A DNA stretch of 64,000 bases, taken from assembly GCA_964612105.1 (NCBI GenBank), contig CAZTEU010000001.1:147437-211436 (forward strand). The letters are read 5' to 3'. The DNA comes from an uncultured Gammaproteobacteria bacterium (lineage in GTDB: Bacteria; Patescibacteriota; Patescibacteriia; Magasanikbacterales; UBA922). Both the position numbers and the translations under genes were made by a program. Shown here one piece after another: positions 45,699 to 54,855 of this stretch (its first letter is position 1; each line of letters begins with the position of its first letter). The notes under the pieces were generated by a model that was given only the letters and a program-made list of their open reading frames with translations, ran no database searches and was not told the origin of the DNA.

Positions 45699-46085
45699 TT
45701 ATGTCTTTTGTGCTGCCGGCTTTCTTCCGCTTGTAGCAATATTACGCTTGTTACCACGTAACGTTCTAGAATTTGTTTTTGTGCGTTGTCCACGTACAGG
45801 AAGACGCTTTGCGTGTCGTGAACCACGAAATGATTTTATATCTTTTAATCTCTTTATATTAGACCCTACATTTCTACGTAAATCACCTTCAGTTGTAAAC
45901 TGATTTTCTATAATACTACGGATTTTGTCTTCTTGGTCACGATTAAGATCTTTTGTGCGAATATTTTCATCTATTCCTGCTGAAGATAGTATCTTTTTTG
46001 CACGAGTACTACCTATACCATAAACATACGTAAGTGAAATAATGATACGCTTCTGCTTTGGAATTGTTACACCTGATACACGCAT
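45699..46085 (-). CDS. rpsM: 30S ribosomal protein S13
   Basis: MRVSGVTIPKQKRIIISLTYVYGIG. Confidence 0.9.
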   Translation of the reverse strand: MRVSGVTIPKQKRIIISLTYVYGIGSTRAKKILSSAGIDENIRTKDLNRDQEDKIRSIIENQFTTEGDLRRNVGSNIKRLKDIKSFRGSRHAKRLPVRGQRTKTNSRTLRGNKRNIATSGRKPAAQKT

Positions 46086-46086
46086 A

Positions 46087-46224
46087 TTATGCTGATTTTA
46101 CACGTTGTTTAGTTCCCTGTCTCTGTTTGTGACGAGGATTTTCACAAATAACATAAACGACACCACGTCTGCGTGTTATTTTGCAATTTTTACAACGTTT
46201 CTTGACTGAAGCTTGAACTTTCAT
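46087..46224 (-). CDS. rpmJ: 50S ribosomal protein L36
   Basis: Minus-strand [40 protein letters not shown], with a C-x2-C...C...H zinc ribbon. Below the ORF-track size cutoff. Confidence 0.8.
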   Translation of the reverse strand: MKVQASVKKRCKNCKITRRRGVVYVICENPRHKQRQGTKQRVKSA

Positions 46225-46302
46225 AAAAAAAATCCTCAAACCGTTATGTGTTATCGTCATATGACATAGTCATACTCCACCACATAGTGTAGTTGGTCTG
46301 GG

Positions 46303-46518
46303 TTAGTATCTATATGTGATACGGCCTTTTGTGAGGTCATATGGAGTCATCTCCACCTTGACTTCATCTCCAACACCCAAACGGATTCGATACATTCGCA
46401 TCTTTCCAGCTAGGTGGGCTCGTACCTCATGATCATTTTCTAGACGAACACGGAAGTGTGCTCCTGGAAGGAGCTCCTCTATAGTTCCGCGAACTTCTAC
46501 AACGTCTTTTTTTGACAT
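46303..46518 (-). CDS. infA: translation initiation factor IF-1
   Basis: 71-aa S1-like OB fold. [35 protein letters not shown]. Confidence 0.9.
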   Translation of the reverse strand: MSKKDVVEVRGTIEELLPGAHFRVRLENDHEVRAHLAGKMRMYRIRLGVGDEVKVEMTPYDLTKGRITYRY

Positions 46519-46656
46519 TAGTACTGTGAAATTAACTGGCCATATTGTACACGAAGCTCAAAAAGCTGTCAAGCCCAGTGGGAGACCAGATGTTAATAAG
46601 TATATTTATGATATTTTAGCAAAAAAACTGTTAATTTGCAATAAACTGGGGATAAA

Positions 46657-47112
46657 TTATTTGTCTTCAGAAATCTTTACATCTGCCTCAACAGTAACAG
46701 AAGGTGCATCTCCTGTGTACACCCAATACTTATATAGGAAGAAATTCCATGAAACTGCCATTGCTATAGTACCTAAACGCACTATTCTATAATCATATCC
46801 CATCACCTCACTGATTAGATACATTGTAAATATTGCAAATAAGTAGTTCCAACCAGCTAGTATTAGATAACGAACCACCTGCTTGTGAGGCATTGCCTTG
46901 TTGCTAAAGGACCAGTACTTGTTTAGTGTAAAATTGATTACTAGAACGAGAATTTGGTTAAAAACAACAGATACTGTTGGGGAGAACTTAAGAAACTCCT
47001 TAAATAACATTAGAGAGCCGATATCAAAAAAAAGCCCACCAAATCCAACTATAAAGTACTTGGAGAACTCGTGTCTCACGGACAATGCATATCTAGTAAT
47101 ACGCCTAATCAT
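46657..47112 (-). CDS. GtrA-family membrane protein
   Basis: Four TM helices and GtrA N-terminus KYFIVGFGGLFFDIGSLMLF. Confidence 0.6.
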   Translation of the reverse strand: MIRRITRYALSVRHEFSKYFIVGFGGLFFDIGSLMLFKEFLKFSPTVSVVFNQILVLVINFTLNKYWSFSNKAMPHKQVVRYLILAGWNYLFAIFTMYLISEVMGYDYRIVRLGTIAMAVSWNFFLYKYWVYTGDAPSVTVEADVKISEDK

Positions 47113-47265
47113 ACCGGCACATTATAGCAGAATCCACAGGATATGTGAATTATTTGTGCATAAAAAACTTTGACTAATTTCAAGGCAGTGAGTAAATTAT
47201 ATATATAAAGCTTAATTAATATTTATTAGTGTGCTAACTCATGCACTCTAATATAGGGGGGATAT

Positions 47266-48123
47266 ATGATATTAGCATCTTCAGGTACCATCGAGGATCG
47301 TTTGGTTCACCTACTTGCCACTATTGGCAGTTGTTCTGCTGTCTCACTTCATGAGCAGTACGCAAAAACACACAGATCCATTTCAAAACAAGCAGTATAC
47401 AAAGTGCTTCGTAATTTGCAAAGTTGTGAAGTAGTGTACAAACACAACGGCAATTACCATCTCAATATGGGGTGGCTTTTAAATTTTATAGATCTTGCAC
47501 TTAAAGCACAGAACACATACTTTGGAAGTGAATTTCTCAAACAGATTCTTGAGCCAAACAGGTCAAATGAGTGTTCGTGGAGGTTCGAAAGCATTGAATC
47601 TCTTTGTCAAAGATACAGTCAATTACTTATCTTGCTGACAAAAACATCTAAAACAAAAATATTATATCAATACCATCCACATGCGTGGCTTTTTTATATG
47701 TGCAACAACGCATGGCATGCACCACATAACAGATACAGAAACACTTTAAAAAGAAACGGTATTATCTTAGGGTGTGAAGGATACATCGAAAAGGCGTTGT
47801 TTCAGAAAAATCTTAGAAATAATTCTGTTGGACAAATATATATTGCAGATGAGTCCGAAAAAATCTGCACATCACAACAAAACTACACTCATATAATTGA
47901 TGATTTTGTATTGCAAATAGTATTTGATGAATACACGTCAGATATAACATCACGCCTATGTGGACAGATTTCCACAAAAGAAGACATGGAACTCATTGAT
48001 ACTCTATTTAGAAGAAAAGCAAAAATAAAAATAACCCTTAAAAGGGATGAGAGAGCTTCAAAAATACTTAGGGAGAGATTCGAGAGAGTATTTGGTCCTA
48101 TTACTATTCAAGAACAGCTCTGA
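47266..48123 (+). CDS. hypothetical protein with an N-terminal winged-helix-like region
   Basis: 285 aa. N-terminal ~70 aa are wHTH-like (SISKQAVYKVLRNLQSCEVVYKHNGNYHLN). The rest is unassigned. Confidence 0.35.
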   Translation: MILASSGTIEDRLVHLLATIGSCSAVSLHEQYAKTHRSISKQAVYKVLRNLQSCEVVYKHNGNYHLNMGWLLNFIDLALKAQNTYFGSEFLKQILEPNRSNECSWRFESIESLCQRYSQLLILLTKTSKTKILYQYHPHAWLFYMCNNAWHAPHNRYRNTLKRNGIILGCEGYIEKALFQKNLRNNSVGQIYIADESEKICTSQQNYTHIIDDFVLQIVFDEYTSDITSRLCGQISTKEDMELIDTLFRRKAKIKITLKRDERASKILRERFERVFGPITIQEQL

Positions 48124-50002
48124 TTCTTCTTACTCCTGCACTTGCAGATTTTTCTTTTTTAATTTTAAATTTTCCAAGATTACCTATCTTCTCAACGTGA
48201 GGACCTCCACAAAATTCTCTACTAAATGTCTTAGATTCAACCCCTGCTGATGGTAGTGAATTGGAATCACCAACAGAGTAAACCTTTACTTGGTCACCGT
48301 AATTATCTGCAAATAAACCAATTGCACCTTTTGACTTTGCCTCTTCAACAGACATCATCTCAAAAGTTACAGAATAGTCTCTCTGTATTGCACCATTTAC
48401 CAAATCCTCTATTTTCTTTTTTTCATCGTCTGTTAATTTTTCCGGATGAGAAAAATCAAAACGCAAACGCTCTGGAGTAATATTACTACCTTTCTGCACA
48501 GCATGAGGTCCAAGCACTTCCCTAACTGCCGCGTGTAATAAGTGTGTCGCAGTGTGATATTTAATACTCATCTCATCATGGTCTGCAAGACCTCCTTTAA
48601 ACTTCTTTTCAATCCCCTTGCGAGAAACATCCTGATGCTTTTCTCTCTCACTATTAAACTCCTTCATATCTACAACAATTCCTTTTTCACTTGCCAACTC
48701 AACAGTAAGTTCAATAGGAAAACCATATGACTGATACAAATCAAAGGCATCTTTTCCAGATATTTTTTTATCTTTTGAAAGCTTAGCAAACTCTTTTATT
48801 CCTTGTTTAATTGTTTCCTGAAACTTACCCTCTTCCTTATTCATCTCCTTTAATATAGTATCTTGTTTATCTAAAAGATCCTTGTAAGTCTCTTGATATG
48901 TTTCTATAACATTTGAAGCTATCTTTCCACAAAATGGTTCTGTAATATTTATCTTCTGCGCATATCTAATAGCTCGCCTAATTAATCTTCTAGTAAAATA
49001 CCCCTGGTCTTTATTTGAAGGATTAGCTCCGTCTAGAATTAAGAACGTTGCTGCACGAATGTGATCTAGAATGACACGAAATGCATAGGTATCTTCTTCA
49101 TCTTCTGAGTATTTCTTATCAGAAAGTTTCTCTAAATTTTCTCGCATTGAATTAAACGCATCTATCATAAAAATGTCTGGATTATCCATAACAGCGGATG
49201 ACATTCTCTCGAGCCCACCACCAAAATCTACATTTTTCTGTTTAAGATTAGTAAACCCTTTCTCTGTTTTCTGATATTCCATAAATACACTGTTCCCGAT
49301 TTCAGAAAATCTTCCACAATCACAATTTACGTGACACTTGTCTTTCCTCCATTGTGACCTTCCATGTAAACCTAAATCTTCTCCAAAGTCCCAAAATATT
49401 TCTGTATCTGGACCACCAGGCTCACCGACAGGCATATTTTTTTTAATGCCTCCCCTACTCCACCAGTTTTTTGTTTCATCGTAATAAAATATTCTGTCAC
49501 CATCCTTCATTCCTTCTTTTTCTGGAATATAATCTGCAATATTTGCATCTATTCCTTTTTCCTTAAACATTTTCTGCCACAAAACAGCAGATTCTTTATC
49601 TTTCTCAACATCCTTATCTCCACGGAAACAAGTTATGTATATACGACTTGGGTCTAGTCCTAATTGATTAACTACAAAATCAAAAACCCATGGAATTTGC
49701 TCTTTCTTAAAATATTCACCTAAAGACCAATTACCAAGCATTTCAAAAAAAGTTGTATGGCGGTTATCACCAACCTCATCTATATCTTGTGTGCGAAAAC
49801 ATCTCTGAGAGTTTGTTATCCTCTCTCCTGCAGGATGTTTCTCACCGAGAAGATATGGAACAATAGGTTGCATCCCAGAGCCAGTAAAAAGTGTAGTTGG
49901 ATCATTTTCTGGTAACAAAGGAGCAGAAGGAAGCACAGTGTGCTTGTTCGATTCAAAAAAAGATAGGTATTTTTTTCTTATTTCATTAATAGTCATACTC
50001 AT
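48104..50002 (-). CDS. alaS: alanine--tRNA ligase, short form (lacks the C-terminal C-Ala domain)
   Basis: Class II catalytic core plus an editing domain with HxxxH (HTATHLLHAAV) and CGGPH. Only 632 aa. Confidence 0.8.
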   Translation of the reverse strand: MSMTINEIRKKYLSFFESNKHTVLPSAPLLPENDPTTLFTGSGMQPIVPYLLGEKHPAGERITNSQRCFRTQDIDEVGDNRHTTFFEMLGNWSLGEYFKKEQIPWVFDFVVNQLGLDPSRIYITCFRGDKDVEKDKESAVLWQKMFKEKGIDANIADYIPEKEGMKDGDRIFYYDETKNWWSRGGIKKNMPVGEPGGPDTEIFWDFGEDLGLHGRSQWRKDKCHVNCDCGRFSEIGNSVFMEYQKTEKGFTNLKQKNVDFGGGLERMSSAVMDNPDIFMIDAFNSMRENLEKLSDKKYSEDEEDTYAFRVILDHIRAATFLILDGANPSNKDQGYFTRRLIRRAIRYAQKINITEPFCGKIASNVIETYQETYKDLLDKQDTILKEMNKEEGKFQETIKQGIKEFAKLSKDKKISGKDAFDLYQSYGFPIELTVELASEKGIVVDMKEFNSEREKHQDVSRKGIEKKFKGGLADHDEMSIKYHTATHLLHAAVREVLGPHAVQKGSNITPERLRFDFSHPEKLTDDEKKKIEDLVNGAIQRDYSVTFEMMSVEEAKSKGAIGLFADNYGDQVKVYSVGDSNSLPSAGVESKTFSREFCGGPHVEKIGNLGKFKIKKEKSASAGVRRIRAVLE

Positions 50003-50088
50003 CTCAGATATTTATAACCAAGAAAAACAATTAATCCTGCAAGGAAAAAGATAAACCAGAATTGTGCGAGAAGTTCCATTAACATACA

Positions 50089-51153
50089 TTATACTATAGC
50101 TCCGCCACCAAGACAGACCTCATCCTTATATATTACAGCAAATTGCCCCGGTGTTACAGCTTTTTGTTTATTTTTGAAAGTAATTGTTAGGTCGTCTATT
50201 ACAGCATCCTGTAGTGGTTGCCTGTGACGCAACCTTACTTTACATTCTAAAGGAAAATCCGGAGTATGTCCACTTATATAGTGAATGTTTTCAAGATTAA
50301 TTATTTCTGCAAACAACTTTGGATCATCATCAAAACCAACGACTAGTTCATTTGTTTCTGTTCTTTTTTCTATAATATACAAAGGTCTATTCTCACCAGG
50401 CTTTTGTTTTATTTCAGAACTTTGCACACCAAAGTTTCTTTGACCTATAGTGTAAAACATCAAACCCTCGTGACTTCCTATCTTCCGACCATCACTTGAG
50501 ATAATATTACCTGGATTCTTTTTTATTTTCTGTTGTAAGAATTCTTTAATTGGCACTTCGCCAACAAAACAAATTCCCATGCTCTCTGCTCGATCAGCTG
50601 TTGGAAGATTGTATTTATGAGCTAGCTCACGCACTTCTTCTTTTGTATAATTTCCAAGCGGAAATTTTATATTTTCTAGCTGTTTTTTTGTGATTTGATT
50701 TAGGAAATATGTCTGATCCTTTTCTTTGTCTTTTGCTTTAAGCAATTTTCCATTTTCTGTTTTTGCATAATGACCTGTTGCAAGATAGTCAAAACCAAGC
50801 TCTCTTGCTTTTCCTAACCAAGCGCCAAATTTTATAAACTTATTACACATTACATCTGGGTTTGGGGTTTTTCCTTTTTCGTATTCACTAAACATGTAGC
50901 CCATTACCCATTCTTTATATTCTTTTTCAAAATCTAATGTAACTAATGATATTCCTAAGTGTGCACAGACTCTCATTGCATCCCTACGATCTACTTTCCA
51001 TGGACACACACCACCTATCTCTTCACCATCACTCCACTGTTTCATATATGCACCTGTAACATCATACCCTTGCTCCACTAATAAAGAAGCGGCTACCGAA
51101 GAATCGACACCGCCTGACATTGCTACTAATATTTTTGTCTTCTTGTTGCTCAT
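50089..51153 (-). CDS. mnmA: tRNA-specific 2-thiouridylase
   Basis: PP-loop VAMSGGVDSSVAA and a C-terminal MnmA domain. Start at MSNKK. The track extension into the GC-rich leader is rejected. Confidence 0.8.
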   Translation of the reverse strand: MSNKKTKILVAMSGGVDSSVAASLLVEQGYDVTGAYMKQWSDGEEIGGVCPWKVDRRDAMRVCAHLGISLVTLDFEKEYKEWVMGYMFSEYEKGKTPNPDVMCNKFIKFGAWLGKARELGFDYLATGHYAKTENGKLLKAKDKEKDQTYFLNQITKKQLENIKFPLGNYTKEEVRELAHKYNLPTADRAESMGICFVGEVPIKEFLQQKIKKNPGNIISSDGRKIGSHEGLMFYTIGQRNFGVQSSEIKQKPGENRPLYIIEKRTETNELVVGFDDDPKLFAEIINLENIHYISGHTPDFPLECKVRLRHRQPLQDAVIDDLTITFKNKQKAVTPGQFAVIYKDEVCLGGGAIV

Positions 51154-51349
51154 AAATATAATGAGTGTCCCGCTTTGACACTCATAGTAGTCCGAATGGG
51201 TCGTAAGAACCACATGAGGTTGGGGACCTCAGACACGCGCAAGAGGCGGGAGGTAAGGTGGGTGCCTCAAACGAGTGCGGAGTGCCAAAGCGGAACCATC
51301 CACATGCCAGGGTGGGGAGTGGGCTGTTCTGAACCCAGGCATATAAGAT
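51154..51349 (-). promoter_or_regulatory. GC-rich structured 5' leader of mnmA (~195 nt) with promoter 51356-51384
   Basis: Minus-strand TTGACA (51384-51379), a 17-nt spacer, then TATAGT (51361-51356). The leader is ~60% GC. A 9-bp hairpin ATGAGTGTC/GACACTCAT (51161-51185) ends 7 nt before the AUG. Confidence 0.45.
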
Positions 51350-51386
51350 AGATAGACTATAGTGATTATTTGCTGTTTTGTCAACA

Positions 51387-51408
51387 AAATACCCCCAAAT
51401 GGGGGTAT
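51387..51408 (-). terminator. terminator hairpin for the 51427-51849 gene
   Basis: AATACCCCC-aaat-GGGGGTATT followed by a U-rich tail on the minus strand. Confidence 0.5.
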
Positions 51409-51426
51409 TAAATATATTTCTTTGTA

Positions 51427-51849
51427 TTATTTCGCACCTTTCTTGTCTTCCTGCTCTACTTTTGGCTTAGTAAATGTGCCATCGAACTCATATCCTGCGT
51501 AAGCTGTGAGAATAAGAAACCAAGCATATCCAATATACATTAGCTTGTTTAGGAAAAACTCACCATAATTACCTTCTATAAAAAGAGGCACAGTAATGAT
51601 AGCGTCAAGTATAGAACCTACAACCAAAGCAATAATTCCAAGTAGAATACCTTTTTTAAGAGTTGGAGGATCAGCTTTGAAATACCATTTTGCTGTAAGT
51701 AATACCACAGGTATTAGTAGAACCCAGTAAACGACAAATTGAGTTGTTTCTTTGTCTTGCAGTGCAGGAATAAATATTATGATTGACCAGAGTACGAAGA
51801 TAAATATCCACATTAGTGCTCCAAAACCAAGTGCGCGTTTTATATTCAT
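51427..51849 (-). CDS. membrane protein (hypothetical)
   Basis: 140 aa with four TM helices. Confidence 0.4.
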   Translation of the reverse strand: MNIKRALGFGALMWIFIFVLWSIIIFIPALQDKETTQFVVYWVLLIPVVLLTAKWYFKADPPTLKKGILLGIIALVVGSILDAIITVPLFIEGNYGEFFLNKLMYIGYAWFLILTAYAGYEFDGTFTKPKVEQEDKKGAK

Positions 51850-51980
51850 ATGAATTAGTTATGATTTATTAATATTTAAATACATTTTAATTATAGCACA
51901 GCTTTGACAAAATCAAGATACTGTTTTATTTTACATATGCCTTGCACAAGCAAGCTCAACCAGAAACAGTGGAGGGTTAG

Positions 51981-52571
51981 ATGAGTTCACGAATAGAGTC
52001 GCCAAGCAAGAAAGACCTCAGAGAGGTATCGAATGCTTTCAAGATCACAGAGAACTGGCCAAAACCTGGTGTTACCTTCCGCTGTGTCAGCGGTGTGCTG
52101 GAGTCACCAAAACTTCGACGAATGATGAACATGGCGCTGTCAAAAAGGATCCAGGAAATGACGCCAGATGTCGTTGTGCTCCTCGATTCACGAGGCTTCC
52201 TGCTCACTCCAGCGGTAGACCTCCTCTGTCTGCCAGTTGTCATGGCGCGCAAGGCTGGCAAGCTACCACCACCATGCGTCGCTTACACTTACGACTTGGA
52301 ATACGGAACAGCGACCATCGAGCTACAGAGGCAGGCTTTCCACAAAACCAGCAGGGATATGGCTTCCCGTGGTATGAGTGGACCACCAAGAGTGGTGATC
52401 GCTGATGACGTCCTCGCAACTGGGGGCACTGTACTGGCAACCAAAACCCTTGTGGAACAGTTGGAATGCACAGTGGCAGGATACGTGTTCATCGCAGAGC
52501 TCAATGGACTTGGAGGGTCAAATAGGCTCGCCACAAAGTCCACACCTGTCGAGTCACTCTTTCGTTTCTAG
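51981..52571 (+). CDS. apt: adenine phosphoribosyltransferase (GC-rich island)
   Basis: PRTase PRPP-binding loop VVIADDVLATGGTV and APRT-like N-terminus ITENWPKPGVTFRCVSGVLESPKL. SD GGAGGG sits 6 nt upstream. Confidence 0.7.
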   Translation: MSSRIESPSKKDLREVSNAFKITENWPKPGVTFRCVSGVLESPKLRRMMNMALSKRIQEMTPDVVVLLDSRGFLLTPAVDLLCLPVVMARKAGKLPPPCVAYTYDLEYGTATIELQRQAFHKTSRDMASRGMSGPPRVVIADDVLATGGTVLATKTLVEQLECTVAGYVFIAELNGLGGSNRLATKSTPVESLFRF

Positions 52572-52583
52572 GGAGGAAGCAAA

Positions 52584-53177
52584 ATGTCCAAGGAAAGAGA
52601 AATCGACCAAATCGATACCCTCCTGACCGCAGAGGAAATCGCAGAGCGTGTTGAGAAGATCGGTAAGCAGATCTCTCTCGACTACAGAGGTAAGTTGGAC
52701 GGCCAACCACTCATCCTCATCTGTGTACTCAAAGGTTCGTTTATCTTCACAGCCGACCTGATGCGTGCCATCGATGAGGACATTCCGGTAATCGTTCAGT
52801 TCATCGCTGTGAGTTCCTACGAGGGGAAAACCACCAAATCAAGTGGTGCTGTTCGTCTCGCATACGACCTCCGTGAAAACATCGAAGGACGAGACTGCAT
52901 CATTGTAGAGGACATCGTTGACACCGGATTGACGGTGAAGTACCTTCTAGATCTGTTTGGGGCACGCAAACCGCGTTCACTGCGAGTCTGTACACTCCTC
53001 CACAAGCCGTCGCGTGAAAAGGTCAAAGTGCCACTGCAATATGTCGGCTACACAATCGAGAACAAGTTCGTTGTTGGTTGCGGTCTGGACTACGACCAGC
53101 TACTACGTGGACGAGGAGACATTGGAGAGCTGGTCTTCAAAGACGAAGGGGAAGAGGGCAGTCCTGAGGGAGGCTAG
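52584..53177 (+). CDS. hpt: hypoxanthine-guanine phosphoribosyltransferase (GC-rich island)
   Basis: LKGSFIFTADL...IVEDIVDTGLTVKYL...LLHKPSR...GCGLDY. SD GGGAGGAAG. Confidence 0.8.
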   Translation: MSKEREIDQIDTLLTAEEIAERVEKIGKQISLDYRGKLDGQPLILICVLKGSFIFTADLMRAIDEDIPVIVQFIAVSSYEGKTTKSSGAVRLAYDLRENIEGRDCIIVEDIVDTGLTVKYLLDLFGARKPRSLRVCTLLHKPSREKVKVPLQYVGYTIENKFVVGCGLDYDQLLRGRGDIGELVFKDEGEEGSPEGG

Positions 53178-53200
53178 TCCTGACACACAAGGTTCAAAAA

Positions 53201-53241
53201 AGGCGAGGTTTACTTCATGTTGACCTCGCCTATTTCTTTTT
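53201..53241. terminator. bidirectional terminator
   Basis: AGGCGAGGT-(13 nt)-ACCTCGCCT, flanked by A6 upstream and T-run downstream. Confidence 0.65.
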
Positions 53242-53243
53242 AT

Positions 53244-54641
53244 TTATATTTTTATTATTCTGTCCTTGATATAGTCTTCAATCCCCTTTTCATTAAAATC
53301 TTTTATATTTTTCATTGCTGGAGACTCCTCCTTCTCAACTCTTTCGTGTAATGGTTTAAGATATTTTTCCTCACCAAGCCCTCTTTTTTTAAGACCTTCT
53401 TCTGCAATTTCTACTAGTTGTTTTACAATTGGTATAACTTCTTCTACTTCCATGCTCTTCGCTATTGTTTTCTCTCTTAATTCTCTCCAATATTCCCAAG
53501 GTTTTGCATCTACAATTTCTTTTGCTTTTTCTATGTTCTCAACAAGCCCAAGAATAAACGCTGGAGTAGACATAACACTATCCCATGGTTGAGAAGCCAT
53601 GTTACGTGTCTCAATATACAACTTGTATGCATGTTCTTTTGCGTATTCGTCTATCTTGTTATTATCATATGCCTCTAGAAGAGATTGCAAAGATTGTTTT
53701 TCATCAAAAAAGATTTTAGGTCTAGCCTGAGTCCAAATATACATGTTTAACTCATTTACATCCGCAACACTAGGCTCAACCTCTGAAGGCATTACATTTC
53801 CAAGATCGAAAGTCTCCCACTTATCCTTCCTAAAGTAATCTTTAATATCTATAAGAGGACTGATATTATGAAGTGTTTTCCCGCGAAATATACCTGGCAT
53901 TAGTACAGACCAATTATATTCTATGTAATCCCTAAAGGTTTTAAATGGTTTTTTTGGAATACCACACATCCTTTGATTCTTCTCATCTAAATCTTCTACA
54001 AGCTTGTCCCAGCGGTCTTCCCTAATTTCATGACAGTTTTGTATTTTCCATTCCCCTACTCCACTATTTGCAAACAGAGCAATTGTAGCACCACCCAGAG
54101 CATTTAGTGTGTTTGTTACAACCACAGCCTCATCATATTTCATGTCTATACAAACCTGGTGTGCAGAAATATTATGATAATCTGAATGTTTTTGCGCAAA
54201 AGATGGCAACAGCGTCACAATTCTATACCAAATCTTTTCTGACTTTAAATCCGGAAAGCCAGAGGGTGTTTTTGGTTGTAATCCTGTATCTATTAACCCA
54301 ATGCCAATTTTATTTGTAATTTCTAAAAATTCCTTAAGAATCTTCCTCATATTTTTCTCACACTCTTCCAAAGTTGCAAAAGGAAGAAAACCAAATTCTA
54401 TTACACTAGTTCCAGCATCTGTATTAATAATAACTTCCTGTCCATCCTCTTGTGTATAAATAACCCCAACAGGCTGTTTAGTCCCATAGTCAAAATAGGT
54501 TTCAACATTTTCCTTCTTACCCCAGTTTCTCCATATTTCCTTAACCTCATCTCTGGTTATAGCAAGACCTGTTTCTAAATTTATAGCTAGAAACTCATAC
54601 TCTAGTCCTATTTTTCTGTGTTTATCTTCTGGTTTGTACAT
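53244..54641 (-). CDS. carboxylate-amine ligase-like protein (GCS2 / glutamine-synthetase fold), hypothetical
   Basis: N-terminal IGLEYEFLAINLETG resembles the E-x-E metal site of GCS2 (YbdK LGIELEMQ). 465 aa, AT-rich native class. The assignment is tentative. Confidence 0.35.
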   Translation of the reverse strand: MYKPEDKHRKIGLEYEFLAINLETGLAITRDEVKEIWRNWGKKENVETYFDYGTKQPVGVIYTQEDGQEVIINTDAGTSVIEFGFLPFATLEECEKNMRKILKEFLEITNKIGIGLIDTGLQPKTPSGFPDLKSEKIWYRIVTLLPSFAQKHSDYHNISAHQVCIDMKYDEAVVVTNTLNALGGATIALFANSGVGEWKIQNCHEIREDRWDKLVEDLDEKNQRMCGIPKKPFKTFRDYIEYNWSVLMPGIFRGKTLHNISPLIDIKDYFRKDKWETFDLGNVMPSEVEPSVADVNELNMYIWTQARPKIFFDEKQSLQSLLEAYDNNKIDEYAKEHAYKLYIETRNMASQPWDSVMSTPAFILGLVENIEKAKEIVDAKPWEYWRELREKTIAKSMEVEEVIPIVKQLVEIAEEGLKKRGLGEEKYLKPLHERVEKEESPAMKNIKDFNEKGIEDYIKDRIIKI

Positions 54642-54694
54642 AGTTACCTAGTAAAGGTAACAAAAAAACAACACATTTACAAGATAATAAAAAA

Positions 54695-54727
54695 AATCCC
54701 GATTACTCGGGATTACTAATCTATGCA
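54695..54727 (-). terminator. rho-independent terminator of the Cys-rich protein gene
   Basis: Minus strand: AATCCCGA-gtaa-TCGGGATT followed by T8. Confidence 0.7.
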
Positions 54728-54855
54728 CCATTATTGATGAACAAATTAGTGGGGCGGTGAATCTTTCGATCCACCGCCAGGGGTTCCCTCCTTGGGCTCC
54801 TCCTTCAGATTGTCCGGGACTAAACAACCTACCACCGTTCGTGCTGGCAACACTC

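Noticed and set aside
51186-51350. 4.5S SRP RNA on the plus strand (GGCUGUUCUGAACCCAGGC resembles GCUCUGUUUACCAGG)
   Set aside because: The match is immediately followed by AT-rich promoter sequence, not the conserved GGAA/AGCAGCC apical part. Orientation and architecture favour a minus-strand leader of mnmA.
52240-53223. ORFs 52240-52440, 52289-52543, 52501-52710, 52817-53026 and 52957-53223
   Set aside because: They are alternative frames within the GC-rich apt/hpt genes.
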